The translations under genes and the position numbers were made by a program. 64,000 nt of DNA from Hyalangium minutum. GTDB lineage: Bacteria > Myxococcota > Myxococcia > Myxococcales > Myxococcaceae. This document shows positions 20,317 through 30,696 of the stretch, piece after piece. The DNA is taken from contig NZ_JMCB01000006.1 of assembly GCF_000737315.1 (NCBI RefSeq), forward strand, positions 973,820 through 1,037,819, in the 5' to 3' direction. Each line of letters starts with the position of its first letter. Position 1 is the first letter of the stretch. Under the pieces are notes generated by a model. It saw nothing but the letters and a program-made list of their open reading frames with translations. It did not search any database and was not told where the DNA came from.

Positions 20317-20934
20317 ATGGGCTCGACAACCCTGGTGACGACGGTGGACCGTCCGAACCTCATTGACTCACTGCTGCGCCTGCTGGACAGGCCCGCGCGC
20401 TCGGCGCTGGAGCTGTCCCGCCGTCCCTTTGCCGCCACCCTGGCTCCGGCCACGCTCGGCATCTTCCTCGTGGCGGCGGCCTCGGCGCTGGCCGGGTGCA
20501 TCTCGCTGTCCGGCTTCCGGCTCGTGCCTCGGCTCGATGTGCTCCGCGCCGTCTTCGAGGCCCTGCTCGTCGTCGTCCCCGGCACCGCCGTGTTCTCCAT
20601 CTATCTGCGCCTGTGCATCCCCACCCGTGCCCTGCTGGCCGCCACCGCGCTCGGGCTGCTCGCGGCCGGTGTGGTGGCCGCCTGCATCCTGCCGCTCATG
20701 GGCTTCATCGCCGTGGTCGCCGTGAAGTCCCATCTGGAGGTTCCCGTCCCCCTGCTCTTCGTCCCCGGCCTCGCCCTGTCCACCGTGGCCGCGCTCGTCT
20801 CCCGCGTCATCGTCTCGATGGACAGCTCCCGCTCCGCTCGATGGCTCGCGCGGGCCTTCATCTTCTCCCTCGGTGCCGTCTTCGTGCTGCGGATCAACTC
20901 CGCGCTCCTCAACCTCCACACCTGGCTCTGGTAG
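20317..20934 (+). CDS. Hypothetical multi-pass membrane protein
   Basis: About 5 hydrophobic helices, with GGAGG RBS upstream. Confidence 0.65.
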   Translation: MGSTTLVTTVDRPNLIDSLLRLLDRPARSALELSRRPFAATLAPATLGIFLVAAASALAGCISLSGFRLVPRLDVLRAVFEALLVVVPGTAVFSIYLRLCIPTRALLAATALGLLAAGVVAACILPLMGFIAVVAVKSHLEVPVPLLFVPGLALSTVAALVSRVIVSMDSSRSARWLARAFIFSLGAVFVLRINSALLNLHTWLW

Positions 20935-20939
20935 CTCCC

Positions 20940-21650
20940 ATGCAAACTCAGGCTCTCTCCGAGCAGCTCTCTCCCTTCGTTCCCTGGACCTCCGAGGATC
21001 GCTCTCCGCTGGCGGAGGACGCCTCGGCTTCCAACAGCCCCTCGATCCTGGTGGATCTCCTGCGAGACCCCGCCGCCATCACCGAGCGGCTCCTGGATCC
21101 GCGGCGGCTCCAGGCCCTGGTGCTCGGCTCGGCCGGCATCATCGCCGGAGGCACCAGCTTCTTCGCCGCGGCGGCCACCATCGCGCGCGGCAAGGAGGCC
21201 TGGTGGGGCTCCGCCGCGCTGACGTCGCTCAACGTGCTCATGGCCCTGGCCGCGTCGCTCGGCCCCATCTACGCCACGGGCATCCTCCTGGCCGCCCGCG
21301 TCCCCCTGGCGCGGCTGGTGGCGGCGCTCCTGGCCGCGGCGGCCACGGGCTCACTGCTGCTCGCGGGGCTCGCCGCGCCCCTCTATCTGATGACGCGGCT
21401 CAGCGCCGAGTGGGCCGGGCCGATCATGCTCACCGCCTCGTTCCTGCTGGCCGGAGGCGCGGCGGGCGCGCGCATCCACCGGCTGCTCAGCCTCATGGCC
21501 GAGCATATTACTCGGCAGTCGCAGGGAGCCTCCGCCACGAGGCTCAGCGAGGGGGACGCCTTCCGCGTCGGCATCCTCGCGCGCATCTCCTGGATGATGT
21601 TGGCGTTCACCCTGGCCCTGGGCTTCTGGGCCTTCAACGCGCTGGGCTGA
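20940..21650 (+). CDS. Hypothetical multi-pass membrane protein (Yip1-like topology)
   Basis: About 5 TM helices. Starts 5 nt after the previous stop. Confidence 0.65.
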   Translation: MQTQALSEQLSPFVPWTSEDRSPLAEDASASNSPSILVDLLRDPAAITERLLDPRRLQALVLGSAGIIAGGTSFFAAAATIARGKEAWWGSAALTSLNVLMALAASLGPIYATGILLAARVPLARLVAALLAAAATGSLLLAGLAAPLYLMTRLSAEWAGPIMLTASFLLAGGAAGARIHRLLSLMAEHITRQSQGASATRLSEGDAFRVGILARISWMMLAFTLALGFWAFNALG

Positions 21651-21660
21651 GGAGTGAGCC

Positions 21661-22302
21661 ATGACGGCACTGTGGATTCTCGAGGCATACGTCGTGCTGG
21701 GCGTGGCGTCGGCGGTGCTCGTGCTCGTGCGCCGCGCGGGAGGACCCTTCGCGGTGCGCGCGGGGCAGGCGGTGGGCGCGCTCGTGCTGTGGCCCTTCAT
21801 GCTCCCGGTGATGCTGTCGCCGGGGCAGGCCCTCCCGGGCGCGACGACAGAGCGCCGCAGCGAGCGGGCCCGGCGGCTGGATGAGGTGGCGGGCCAGCTC
21901 GAGGAGGGCTGGAGGCAAGTGTCCACGGAGAGCAAGTGGGCCACGGAGCCTGGCCGCGAGCACCAGCTCCTGGACCGCTTCATCCTCCGGCTGCGCTCCC
22001 AGCTGCGCCGCATCGAGGAGATGGAGGCCACGCTGCTCACCGCGCCCGTAAGCGTGAAAGAGCGGCTCTCCCGGCTTCACGAGCACGCCGTGACAGAGCT
22101 CGAGCACAGCATTGGGTTGGTGGAGGACCTGACGGCGCAGCTCACCCTGCTGCGCTTCTCGGACCTGGGCAACCCCGCCTCTTCCCATGTGGACAAAAGC
22201 CACATCGAGGAGTTGCTGTTGCGAATCGAAACACTCGCGGAGGCATCCCAACCTGCAGAGAGCCCGGCCGCAGCCCCCTCGGGCACGGTGGCTCGGGCCT
22301 AA
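21661..22302 (+). CDS. Membrane-anchored coiled-coil hypothetical protein
   Basis: Two N-terminal TM helices followed by an E/R/L-rich coiled coil. GGAG RBS. Confidence 0.7.
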   Translation: MTALWILEAYVVLGVASAVLVLVRRAGGPFAVRAGQAVGALVLWPFMLPVMLSPGQALPGATTERRSERARRLDEVAGQLEEGWRQVSTESKWATEPGREHQLLDRFILRLRSQLRRIEEMEATLLTAPVSVKERLSRLHEHAVTELEHSIGLVEDLTAQLTLLRFSDLGNPASSHVDKSHIEELLLRIETLAEASQPAESPAAAPSGTVARA

Positions 22303-22540
22303 CACAGGGGTACGCCCCTGTACGCAGGAGGTCTGTCCCATGAATGGCCAGCGAAGACTTTTCAGAGCGATGAGCCCCACGCGCAGAATCCGCGCCTCCG
22401 ACGTGTCGACCGGGCACGTGGGAGTGGGGCTCGACGTGTCGGGCGGAGGGCATGCCGTGCGCCGTGCCTCCGCGCGCCCCATGGCCTCCGAGTTGCAACA
22501 TCTCCGTCCCAGCAACAGCGCTTCACGCAGGGAGTGGGAG

Positions 22541-22984
22541 ATGTCCACGACGACGTTCGGTGATGCGATGGCGGGTTTCTCGGATGTGCTCTACGCGCGG
22601 GCCATGGAGCACATGGCCGACAAGCACAAACACTTGTTGGACGCCGGGAGCATGCGCGCCAACGCCCGAGCGGCCATGAGCTTCGAGGTGAAGCTGGCGA
22701 AGGGCGGCCTGGCGAACATCTCGGTCAAGCGGTACTGCGCCGGTTTCACCCTGCGTTGCACCACGTGGGTCGAGCTGCCGGACAAGCTCACCTGGATGTC
22801 TGGGTACCTTCACTCCAGTGATGGGGGCGGGGCGGACTTCGACCGCCTCCGCTCCGAGCAGCGCGTCCAGTTCGAGCTCAAGACGAGCATGTGGCGCAGC
22901 ACGGAGCTGACCCTCCACCTGCGCACCAACCCCGCGCTGCCCGAGGGCACGGTGGTGAAGGTGCACATGGAGATCGACTACTGA
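22541..22984 (+). CDS. Hypothetical protein (beta-rich)
   Basis: GC3-biased ORF with a GGGAG RBS just before ATG 22541. Confidence 0.6.
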   Translation: MSTTTFGDAMAGFSDVLYARAMEHMADKHKHLLDAGSMRANARAAMSFEVKLAKGGLANISVKRYCAGFTLRCTTWVELPDKLTWMSGYLHSSDGGGADFDRLRSEQRVQFELKTSMWRSTELTLHLRTNPALPEGTVVKVHMEIDY

Positions 22985-23089
22985 GCAGGCCGCCGGGCCT
23001 ATGTCCCGGCCGTCCGTGGCACGTGCGGACGGTCACCTGGACGCCTACTGGAGTCGCGGAGCGTTCATGCTCTACTTCCGCGCCTCACC

Positions 23090-25021
23090 ATGCCCTTCCG
23101 AAGAAGCGTCGCGACGAAGCTGCTCGTCGCACTGTGCGCCGTCATCACCCTGGCTCTCGGGCTCCTCGGCTTCATTGCCAACCGCCATCTGTCGCAGGTG
23201 GCTGAAAAGGAGTCCACGCGCATCGCGGCCCAGCTGGCCGAGCACCACGCGGGGGTCATCAAGACCCGGCTCGATGAGGTGATGAGCGCCTCCAGGATTG
23301 TGGCGCAGGCGCTGCTGGCCCAGAAGGCCGGCGGGACGCCCGATCGACGCGTGGGCGAGGCGGTGCTCAAGAGAGTCCTCGAGGACAACCAGGACTTGCA
23401 CGGCATCTGGACGGTGTGGGAGCCGGACGCGTTCGATGGGCGTGACAAGAGCTTCATGAACACGCCCGGCACGGACGCCACCGGGCGCTTTCTCCCCTTC
23501 TTCAACCGCGGCTCCGGGGACATCCATTTCGAGGCCAGCGTCGACTACGAGGGCACGACCCTGGGCGGGGCCAGCGACTACTACCTCCTGCCGCAGCGGA
23601 GCAGGGGAGAGGTCCTCTTGAACCCCTACAGCTATGTCATCGCCGGCAAGCCGACGCTGCTGACCAGCGCCGTCGTGCCGCTCCTGCTCGATGGCAAGTT
23701 CCTCGGGGTGGTGGGCGCGGACCGCTCGCTGGGCCAACTTCAGCAGGACGTCGCGAAGATCCGCCCCTACGACACGGGCTATGCGGTCCTGGTCTCGAAC
23801 GACTTCCGGTACGTCGCCCATCCTTCGGAGCAGCTGCGTGCCAAGCCTCTGGGGAACTCGGACGCCGAGGCGGTGATGAAGGCGGCGATTTCGAGTGCCA
23901 GCGTGTCCACCCGCAGGGTCCACTCGGAGTTCTTGGGCGCTGACGCCCTCCTGGCGGTCATCCCATTCCAGGTCGGCCGGACGAAGACGCCGTGGGCGCT
24001 GGCTGTCTTCGTGCCGATGGCGCAGGTGCTCGCGGCAGCGGACGAGCTGCGCCAGTTCATCCTCCTGCTGGGCGTTGGCATGCTCGGAGGGCTGGGCATC
24101 GCGGTGGTCGTCGTGGTCCGCCGCGCCACCCAGCCCCTGGCGAGAATCTCCGAGGTGGCCAAGCGCATCGCGGAGGGGGACCTCACCGGGGAGCTCGAGC
24201 ACCGCTCCCGGGATGAGATTGGCGCCCTGGCGGAGTCGTTCCGAGTGATGCAGCACCGGCTGGCGCAAGTCATCGGCGAGGTGCGCACGGGCGCCAGCGC
24301 GCTCTCCGCGGCCTCCGCGCAGCTGTCGACGATGTCCCAGGCGCTCTCCAACGGCACCAGCGAGCAGTCCGCCACCGCCGAGGAGGTGGCGGAGAACCTT
24401 CACCGCATGAGCGTCTCCATCACCCAGAACGCCGACAGCAGCCGCTACATCGAGGGGCTTGCGCTCAAGGGCGCCGCTGACGCCGGAGAGTGCGGCCGGG
24501 CCGTCTCGGAGACGGTGGAGGCGATGAAGCAGATCGCCTCGCGCATCTCCGTCATCGACGAGATCGCCTACCAGACGAACCTGCTGGCGCTCAACGCCAC
24601 CATCGAGGCGGCGCGCGCGGGCGCGCATGGCCGGGGCTTCGCGGTCGTCGCGTCCGAGGTCCGCAAGCTCTCCGAGGGGAGCCAGACTTCGGCCAGGCAG
24701 ATCATCGAGCTGGCGGCGAAGAGCGTGAAGATCGCCGAGCGCTCGGGGATGCTGCTCCGGGAGCTGGCCCCGTCCATCGACTCGACCGCGCACCGGATGA
24801 AGGACGTGGCCACCGTGTCTGGGGACCAGTCGTCCGGCGTGGCGCAGATCCACCGGTCGATGCTCAGCCTGAACCAGTCCACGCAGCAGAACGCCGCCTC
24901 CGCCGAGGAGCTGTCGAGCATGGCCGAGGAACTGGCGGCGCAGGCCGAGGGGCTCCATCAGCTCATGGGCTTCTTCACCGTGGAGGAGTCCCACCCCGCT
25001 CGGCCCACTCGGCCCGCATGA
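23090..25021 (+). CDS. Methyl-accepting chemotaxis protein (dCache, HAMP, MA)
   Basis: TM, Cache (YYLLP..PY.Y), [45 protein letters not shown]. Confidence 0.95.
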   Translation: MPFRRSVATKLLVALCAVITLALGLLGFIANRHLSQVAEKESTRIAAQLAEHHAGVIKTRLDEVMSASRIVAQALLAQKAGGTPDRRVGEAVLKRVLEDNQDLHGIWTVWEPDAFDGRDKSFMNTPGTDATGRFLPFFNRGSGDIHFEASVDYEGTTLGGASDYYLLPQRSRGEVLLNPYSYVIAGKPTLLTSAVVPLLLDGKFLGVVGADRSLGQLQQDVAKIRPYDTGYAVLVSNDFRYVAHPSEQLRAKPLGNSDAEAVMKAAISSASVSTRRVHSEFLGADALLAVIPFQVGRTKTPWALAVFVPMAQVLAAADELRQFILLLGVGMLGGLGIAVVVVVRRATQPLARISEVAKRIAEGDLTGELEHRSRDEIGALAESFRVMQHRLAQVIGEVRTGASALSAASAQLSTMSQALSNGTSEQSATAEEVAENLHRMSVSITQNADSSRYIEGLALKGAADAGECGRAVSETVEAMKQIASRISVIDEIAYQTNLLALNATIEAARAGAHGRGFAVVASEVRKLSEGSQTSARQIIELAAKSVKIAERSGMLLRELAPSIDSTAHRMKDVATVSGDQSSGVAQIHRSMLSLNQSTQQNAASAEELSSMAEELAAQAEGLHQLMGFFTVEESHPARPTRPA

Positions 25022-25125
25022 GCAAACCGTGAGGAAGAAATGAGCCGGCCTGGAAGCTTCCCGGGCCCTCCAGTGAGACCTTGCCGAGTGTCCCGGCCCC
25101 TTTGGGCCGGAAGCCCGGAGGACTC

Positions 25126-26037
25126 ATGTCTCACACTTCCCTGCATCCCCTGACGCGCCGCACTTCGCCTCGAAAGCCCTCGAGCCCCCTCCTTTATATG
25201 GCGCTGCTCGCCCTGCTGTGTGGGACAGGGTGCGCAGCCCACCGGCCGCTCGAGGCGCCGATGTTGCCCGCGGCGTACGCGCTCGCGGAGACGGCGGTGG
25301 CGCCGGCCGAGCCGCCCATCCTCACGGAGAACCGCTTCAGCCGGGACAACGCGGGGAGCATTTCGGAGGAGTCGCTGCGCGAGGTGCTGGCCTCGCCGGT
25401 GTTCCTGGAGGAGAAGGCGCGGGTGGGCATCGTCCCGGTGCAGGGCTCGTACGCGCTGGACATGGACGTGCCGCTGCCGGCAGTGACGGCGGCGCTGGCC
25501 GAGGCGCTGGACAGCTCGGGCGAGTTCGAGCTGGCCAGCGAGGTGTCCACGGACTTCCCGGTGGACCGGGGCATCTCCGGCCTGCGCGAGCTGGCGGCGC
25601 GCTACCGCTGTGACTACCTGCTCATCTACCGGCACCGCTTCGTGGATGACAGCTACATGAACCCGGTGGCGTGGGGCTACCTCACGGTGCTGGGCGCGCT
25701 GTTCCTGCCGGGCCACACCCTGGAGAGCGCGGGCGTGCTGGAGGCCACGCTGTTCGATGTGAAGACGGGCACGCTGCTCTTCACGGTGAACGAGCGCGTG
25801 CATGATCAGCAGCGCGTCAACATGTGGCACAGCGAGCTGAAGACGCAGTGGATGAAGCGGAAGATGCTGGAGTCCTCGACGCAGAAGCTGGCGGATCAAG
25901 TGGTGGGGAAGATCCGCCGGCTGGTGGCGGCGCGCCCGGCCCCCGAGCGGAGGAGCTCGAAGGCGGTGGTATCGTCCCCGCCGGTGCCGGTGGAAGCGGC
26001 CGGGGTTCCGGTGACGGTCTCCACCACGGGCCTCTGA
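25126..26037 (+). CDS. Hypothetical lipoprotein
   Basis: Lipobox LCGTGC and an alpha/beta body. Forms an apparent operon with the VWA gene. Confidence 0.7.
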   Translation: MSHTSLHPLTRRTSPRKPSSPLLYMALLALLCGTGCAAHRPLEAPMLPAAYALAETAVAPAEPPILTENRFSRDNAGSISEESLREVLASPVFLEEKARVGIVPVQGSYALDMDVPLPAVTAALAEALDSSGEFELASEVSTDFPVDRGISGLRELAARYRCDYLLIYRHRFVDDSYMNPVAWGYLTVLGALFLPGHTLESAGVLEATLFDVKTGTLLFTVNERVHDQQRVNMWHSELKTQWMKRKMLESSTQKLADQVVGKIRRLVAARPAPERRSSKAVVSSPPVPVEAAGVPVTVSTTGL

Positions 26038-26053
26038 GAGCGAGAGGGACACC

Positions 26054-27694
26054 ATGAAGACGCACCTGACGATGAAGAAGCTCGCGCTGGCCTCGCTCAC
26101 GGTGGCCTCGGTGCTCGCCCTGGGGGCGGGCTGCGCCATGCGGGCTCCCGCGTATGAGCCGCCCCCGACGATGGAGGCCTCACCGCTCCCCCGCGGCGAC
26201 AGCCCGGCGGACTTCTCCAAGCTCGCGGTGGTGAACGGCAAGCCGTTCGCGGACATGTACTTCAAGAGCTACGGGGTGAACCCCACCATCGACACGGAGG
26301 AGGAGAGCGTCTCCACCTTCTCGGTGGACGTGGACACGGCCTCGTACACGCTGGCGCGCTCGTACCTGGCGCGCGGCCACCTCCCGGAGGAGGAGGCCAT
26401 CCGCGTGGAGGAGTTCATCAACGCCTTCAAGTACGACTACCCGGATCCGGGCGCTGCGCCCTTCGGGGTGCAAGTGGAGGCGTTCCCGTCTCCGAACCGC
26501 CGCGGCTACCACGTGCTGCACGTGGGCATCAAAGGCCGCGAGGTGAGCACCTCCGAGCGCCTGCCCGCCCACCTCGTCTTCACCATCGACGTGTCCGGCT
26601 CCATGGGCATGGAGAACCGGCTGGGGCTGGTGAAGCGCTCGCTGGCGCTGCTGGTGGAGCAGCTGGACGCGCGGGACTCGCTGGCCATCGTCGTGTACGG
26701 AGACAGCGCGCGCACGGTGCTCGAGCCCACGCGCGCCACGAACCGCTCGCGCATCCTCGCGGCCATCGACGCGCTGCAGCCGGAGGGCGCCACCAACGTC
26801 CAGGCTGGGCTCGAAGTCGCGTACGCCATCGCCGCCAGCCAGGTGCGCGAGGGCACCGTGAGCCGCGTCATCCTGTGCTCGGATGGCGTGGCCAACAGCG
26901 GGATTACAGGCGCGGATGCCATCTTCGAGTCCATCAAGGAGTACGCGCGGCGCGGCGTGCGGCTCACCACGGTGGGCTTCGGCATGGGCAACTACAATGA
27001 CGTGCTGATGGAGCGGCTGGCGCAGCAGGGCGATGGGCAGTACGCGTACGTGGACCAACTGCCGCAGGCCCGGCGCCTCTTCGTGGAGCAGCTCACCGGC
27101 ACGCTGCAGCTCATTGCCCGGGATGTGAAGGTGCAGCTGGAGTTCGACAAGGCGGTCATCTCCCGCTACCGGCTCATCGGCTTCGAGAACCGGCTGCTGA
27201 ACAAGGAGGACTTCGCCAACGACAAGGTGGACGCGGGCGACATCGGCGCGGGCCACACCGTCACGGCGCTGTATGAGGTGAAGTTCCGGGATGCCCAGGC
27301 GCTCACGGCGCCCGCGCTCGCCACGCTGCGCATCCGCTACAAGGACCCGGGCACCCTGCTGGAGGCGGGCAGCTCTGAGAAGGTGGAGAAGGCGCTGCCC
27401 ACGGCCATTGTCCGCCAGAGCCTGGAGGCGGCCGCGGGGCCGACGCAGCTGTCCCTGGTGGTGGCGCTGTTCGCGGAGAAGCTGCGCGGCTCGTACTGGG
27501 CTCGCAACGTCTCCTATGCGGACCTGCTGCGGCTGTGGAGCCAGCTGCCCGAGCGCATCCGCGCCCGCGAGGATGCGGGCGAGCTGCGGCAGCTCATCCA
27601 GCAGGCGCGCTCGTATGACAAGCGCGGGGACAAGTTCGAGAAGATGACGCCCGTGGCGGAGATGGACTTCGACCGCGTGCCGGTGGTGCGCTAA
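26054..27694 (+). CDS. VWA-domain lipoprotein (YfbK-like)
   Basis: Lipobox LGAGC, STFSVDVDTASY, MIDAS DVSGSM...TN..CSDG, VTALYEV. Confidence 0.9.
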   Translation: MKTHLTMKKLALASLTVASVLALGAGCAMRAPAYEPPPTMEASPLPRGDSPADFSKLAVVNGKPFADMYFKSYGVNPTIDTEEESVSTFSVDVDTASYTLARSYLARGHLPEEEAIRVEEFINAFKYDYPDPGAAPFGVQVEAFPSPNRRGYHVLHVGIKGREVSTSERLPAHLVFTIDVSGSMGMENRLGLVKRSLALLVEQLDARDSLAIVVYGDSARTVLEPTRATNRSRILAAIDALQPEGATNVQAGLEVAYAIAASQVREGTVSRVILCSDGVANSGITGADAIFESIKEYARRGVRLTTVGFGMGNYNDVLMERLAQQGDGQYAYVDQLPQARRLFVEQLTGTLQLIARDVKVQLEFDKAVISRYRLIGFENRLLNKEDFANDKVDAGDIGAGHTVTALYEVKFRDAQALTAPALATLRIRYKDPGTLLEAGSSEKVEKALPTAIVRQSLEAAAGPTQLSLVVALFAEKLRGSYWARNVSYADLLRLWSQLPERIRAREDAGELRQLIQQARSYDKRGDKFEKMTPVAEMDFDRVPVVR

Positions 27695-27852
27695 TCGTGC
27701 CCCTTCCATGCTCCCGAGTCTCGCCAAGCTGGTCGAGGACGCCAGGCGGACGCTGAGCCGGAGTCCGACGCATCCTGTCCCCGTTCCGAGTGGAACAGGC
27801 CTGTCCGTTTGGGGCTCCTGCGCCGCGAAGACAGTCCTCCGCCTAGGGTGCG

Positions 27853-28590
27853 TCACAACACGCGGGCGGCGCGGGCCTCCTCCAGCGTGTACTCCTGCAT
27901 CATGGTACCGAAGGGGCCTGTCTTCTGGATGAGCCACGCGCAAGAGCCCTGCGGCATGTAGAAGTCCTCCTCGAAGGGAGCCAGCCCCAGGTGGCGCAGG
28001 TAGTCCTTGAGCATCTCAAAGGTGAAGCGGTCCCTTACCCGGCGCTCCTGGTACTTCTCCACCTGCTCGAAGGGGAAGGGCTCACCTTCCTGGTCGAAGA
28101 CCCAGCGGCCTCCATCATTGGAAGCGCTCAGGGCGCGCACATAGTTGTGGATCTTCCCCGGCTGCTCCGGGCCGAACACATCCAGCATGACGGCACCATA
28201 GCGGCCTTGGTCCCCGCGCAGCGTGTGGGGCACGGCGACCACCCGCAGGCACCGGATGCTCAACCTCCGGGCCATGGAGCGCATGGGGCTGGCGGCATCC
28301 GTCCCGGTCCACTGGCTGGAGACATAGGCTGTCCAGGCGCTGCGCGTCGGGATGAACAGGTGCCGCTGGGTTTCTCCACCGTTCAGGGGCAGCAGGCTGG
28401 AGAGAACTTGCTCCAGGGTGCCCGAGACGGGGAGCACCTCCACGGTGATGCCACGAGGCGTCATCACCTCTCTCTCCCACGTGGCGAAGGCTTGCGCCGC
28501 CTGCTCCGCCCCCAACTCCAGAAAGCCCATCGTCGAGGTGACAGGCGCCCAGCGGTCCTCCAGCAGCAGACCCTTCATCTCTTGCGTCAT
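27853..28590 (-). CDS. Putative immunity protein (copy 1)
   Basis: 245 aa, directly downstream of the toxin. Near-identical paralogue at 40165-40902. Confidence 0.75.
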   Translation of the reverse strand: MTQEMKGLLLEDRWAPVTSTMGFLELGAEQAAQAFATWEREVMTPRGITVEVLPVSGTLEQVLSSLLPLNGGETQRHLFIPTRSAWTAYVSSQWTGTDAASPMRSMARRLSIRCLRVVAVPHTLRGDQGRYGAVMLDVFGPEQPGKIHNYVRALSASNDGGRWVFDQEGEPFPFEQVEKYQERRVRDRFTFEMLKDYLRHLGLAPFEEDFYMPQGSCAWLIQKTGPFGTMMQEYTLEEARAARVL

Positions 28591-28601
28591 TCAGGCTCGC
28601 C

Positions 28602-30497
28602 TCATTCCTCGGGGATGATGATCCGGATGATGATGGCTTTGGGGTCGTTGTTGGTGAGGCGCGACTGGTGTGCAGGGCCACGGCCCGAGGTGGGTGAGTC
28701 GTACTCCACCTGATAGCGCTGGCCCTGATAATCGAATTGCAGATCCGGCCGATTGATTCCCACGCGCTGACCATTCTTGAGCGTCAGTTGCTGCTGGTTC
28801 ACCCGAATGTTCTCGGCGTGTAGCACGTCCTCCAGGTACTTGATGTCCTCCTGGAGTTGAGCATTCTGCCTGGGGCTGGGGCTAATGGGACGGGTCGTCG
28901 GGCGTAGGCCTGGCACCTTCGGCTTGACGGTGACGTCCTGACGCAAGCGTGGGCCGGCTGGCACCTGCGGCGTTGGGTTCTTGCCCGTGAGCGCTTGAGC
29001 CAGTTCGGGTGAGGGCGCGAGGGTGCCCGGCGCCGGAGGGAGCGGTGCTGGCGCCGGAGCGGGTTCTGGAGCAGGCGCCACAGCTCTCGGCGGAGCGAGT
29101 GGAGCCTCCACCCTGCCAGGGCCCACCGGCTCCACCGGCTCCGGGACACCCCACCCGGGCACCGGCCGCGTGGCGGTCATCAACTTCCCAGCGGCCACTC
29201 CCACCGCAAGCGCTGTGAAGAACTCCTGGGCCGCGCCGAGCCGGGACACCTCCTGCTCGGTGAACATCTCCTGGCCACTGCCCATCTGCCACCCGCGCTC
29301 CAGCGCGAAGTGCAGCGGGTTGACATCCCTCGCCAGCCCATACACCCCCAGCAAGGCCTGAAGGGTGGCTGGGTGAGTCATGAAGTAGTGCTTGACGATT
29401 CTCCGCCGGTTCTCCCAGTGGGCATATCCCTCGGCGGCGGCGGCTCCCGTGCCCAGGCGCCGCTCCATGTCCTCGCGCTGCTCGGGGGTGAGGCGCTGTG
29501 GCGTCACCAACGGCCACATGCGGAGAGCCTCGGGCACCGTCTCCGCGCTCATGGCCTCGGCGTACTTGCGCTCCCACTGCGACAGCGGGTGGCTCCAGTG
29601 AGCCATGTCCTCCCAGGGGCCCGAGTTCCACCAGGCCTGGACGGCCCCGGGCTTCTGGAGCAGGAGAATCTGCTGAATCACGTCCCGCTCTGCGAAGGCG
29701 GTGAGCGCCACCTGCGAAGCAGCGGGCTCAAGCCCCGCCGTCCTCGCCTCCGCCGCGGAGGAGGGGCCTGGCTCACGTGGCGGCAAGGCGCCTTGTGGAC
29801 TCTGGGCGGATTGCTGCGCCCACGGGCGCTGAGGCGGGGCGAGGGCAGGCGTGCGGGACGGTGCGCCGAAGCCGAAGAGAAGACCCACCCCGAGGGAGAA
29901 CACTCCTTCGCCTTGCGCGAAGCGGGAGGGCGGGAACGCGTACACGCCCGAAAGGCCCACCTCCAGCCCGATGCCGCCACGGATGGCGTGCACTCCGGCT
30001 TCGCCGCCAGCGCGCAGCCGGGGAGGCCACCAGGAGCGGGGGGTAACTGCCGCTCCACCGAGGGCCTTGAAGTACAGCGGCCCCTCCCCCGTGAAGCGCG
30101 CCACCGCGTCGGTGGACAGCTCCCACGCTCCGGCGGAGGTGGCTGGGGGCAGCAAGCTCCAGCGCGCCCCGAGCCCCTGGCCTGCTTCCGACAAGCCCCA
30201 CAGGCTCACGCTGTACGAGGTGCGCGGTGCCCACGCGCTACCCAGTGCAGCGCCCCGGGAAACCTCTGCCCCCACCACGGCCCGCATCTGGCTCGTCTCG
30301 TCAGAGGCCTGTGCCCCGGGCGAGGCCAAGACGGCCAGCAACAAGAGGCTGACAGCCGCATGCCACCGCGAGGGTTGGCGCGCTCCCGGGCCCCTCATTC
30401 GGCAAACCCTTCGAGGGCGGTGCCTCCGGCGCTGGCGCCGAGCAACACAAGGGACAGCGCTCCGGCCTTCCAGAGAAGCCTCTGCCACGGCCAGCAT
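28602..30497 (-). CDS. Polymorphic toxin: signal peptide, 8-strand OM beta-barrel-like domain, helical linker, C-terminal PD-(D/E)xK-like nuclease (copy 1)
   Basis: Amphipathic strands ending GVGLLFGF, a Pro-rich linker, and a C-terminal RVNQQQ..GINRPDLQFDY.G.RY.VEYD. Confidence 0.75.
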   Translation of the reverse strand: MLAVAEASLEGRSAVPCVARRQRRRHRPRRVCRMRGPGARQPSRWHAAVSLLLLAVLASPGAQASDETSQMRAVVGAEVSRGAALGSAWAPRTSYSVSLWGLSEAGQGLGARWSLLPPATSAGAWELSTDAVARFTGEGPLYFKALGGAAVTPRSWWPPRLRAGGEAGVHAIRGGIGLEVGLSGVYAFPPSRFAQGEGVFSLGVGLLFGFGAPSRTPALAPPQRPWAQQSAQSPQGALPPREPGPSSAAEARTAGLEPAASQVALTAFAERDVIQQILLLQKPGAVQAWWNSGPWEDMAHWSHPLSQWERKYAEAMSAETVPEALRMWPLVTPQRLTPEQREDMERRLGTGAAAAEGYAHWENRRRIVKHYFMTHPATLQALLGVYGLARDVNPLHFALERGWQMGSGQEMFTEQEVSRLGAAQEFFTALAVGVAAGKLMTATRPVPGWGVPEPVEPVGPGRVEAPLAPPRAVAPAPEPAPAPAPLPPAPGTLAPSPELAQALTGKNPTPQVPAGPRLRQDVTVKPKVPGLRPTTRPISPSPRQNAQLQEDIKYLEDVLHAENIRVNQQQLTLKNGQRVGINRPDLQFDYQGQRYQVEYDSPTSGRGPAHQSRLTNNDPKAIIIRIIIPEE

Positions 30498-30599
30498 GTG
30501 TCACCCCTTCATGCGAGGAGGTGATCAGGTTAGAGGGCCGCCACGGAGAAGAGGAGGATCCGCCGGGTGGCACCCGTGCTTCGGCTCCAGCTCCCTTGT

Positions 30600-30696
30600 C
30601 GAAGCTGTTGGGGAGGGTGACGGGGCCGGGATTCTCGATGGCGGCGAGGGCTGCGCGTAACAGGGAGTAGAAGAGCGCGGCCACCTCGGTGCCTCG
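30600..30696 (-). pseudogene. IS66-family transposase C-terminal remnant
   Basis: The minus strand reads RGTEVAALFYSL|LRAALAAIENPGPVTLP, which resembles the IS66 TnpC tail with an internal deletion. Confidence 0.6.

Larger units (their letters stand above)
27820..30591 (-). repeat. Left copy of a ~2.77-kb inverted duplication (toxin-immunity cassette)
   Basis: The reverse complement matches 38173-40935 from GCTGGAG..GAAGCACGGG to ACTGTCTTCGCGGCGC, with scattered substitutions and a 9-bp indel. Confidence 0.9.

Noticed and set aside
27695-27819. Counterpart of the 15-bp IR beside the left toxin cassette
   Set aside because: Only weak similarity (ATCGTGCCCCTTCCATGCT), and no matching partner or direct repeat was found.
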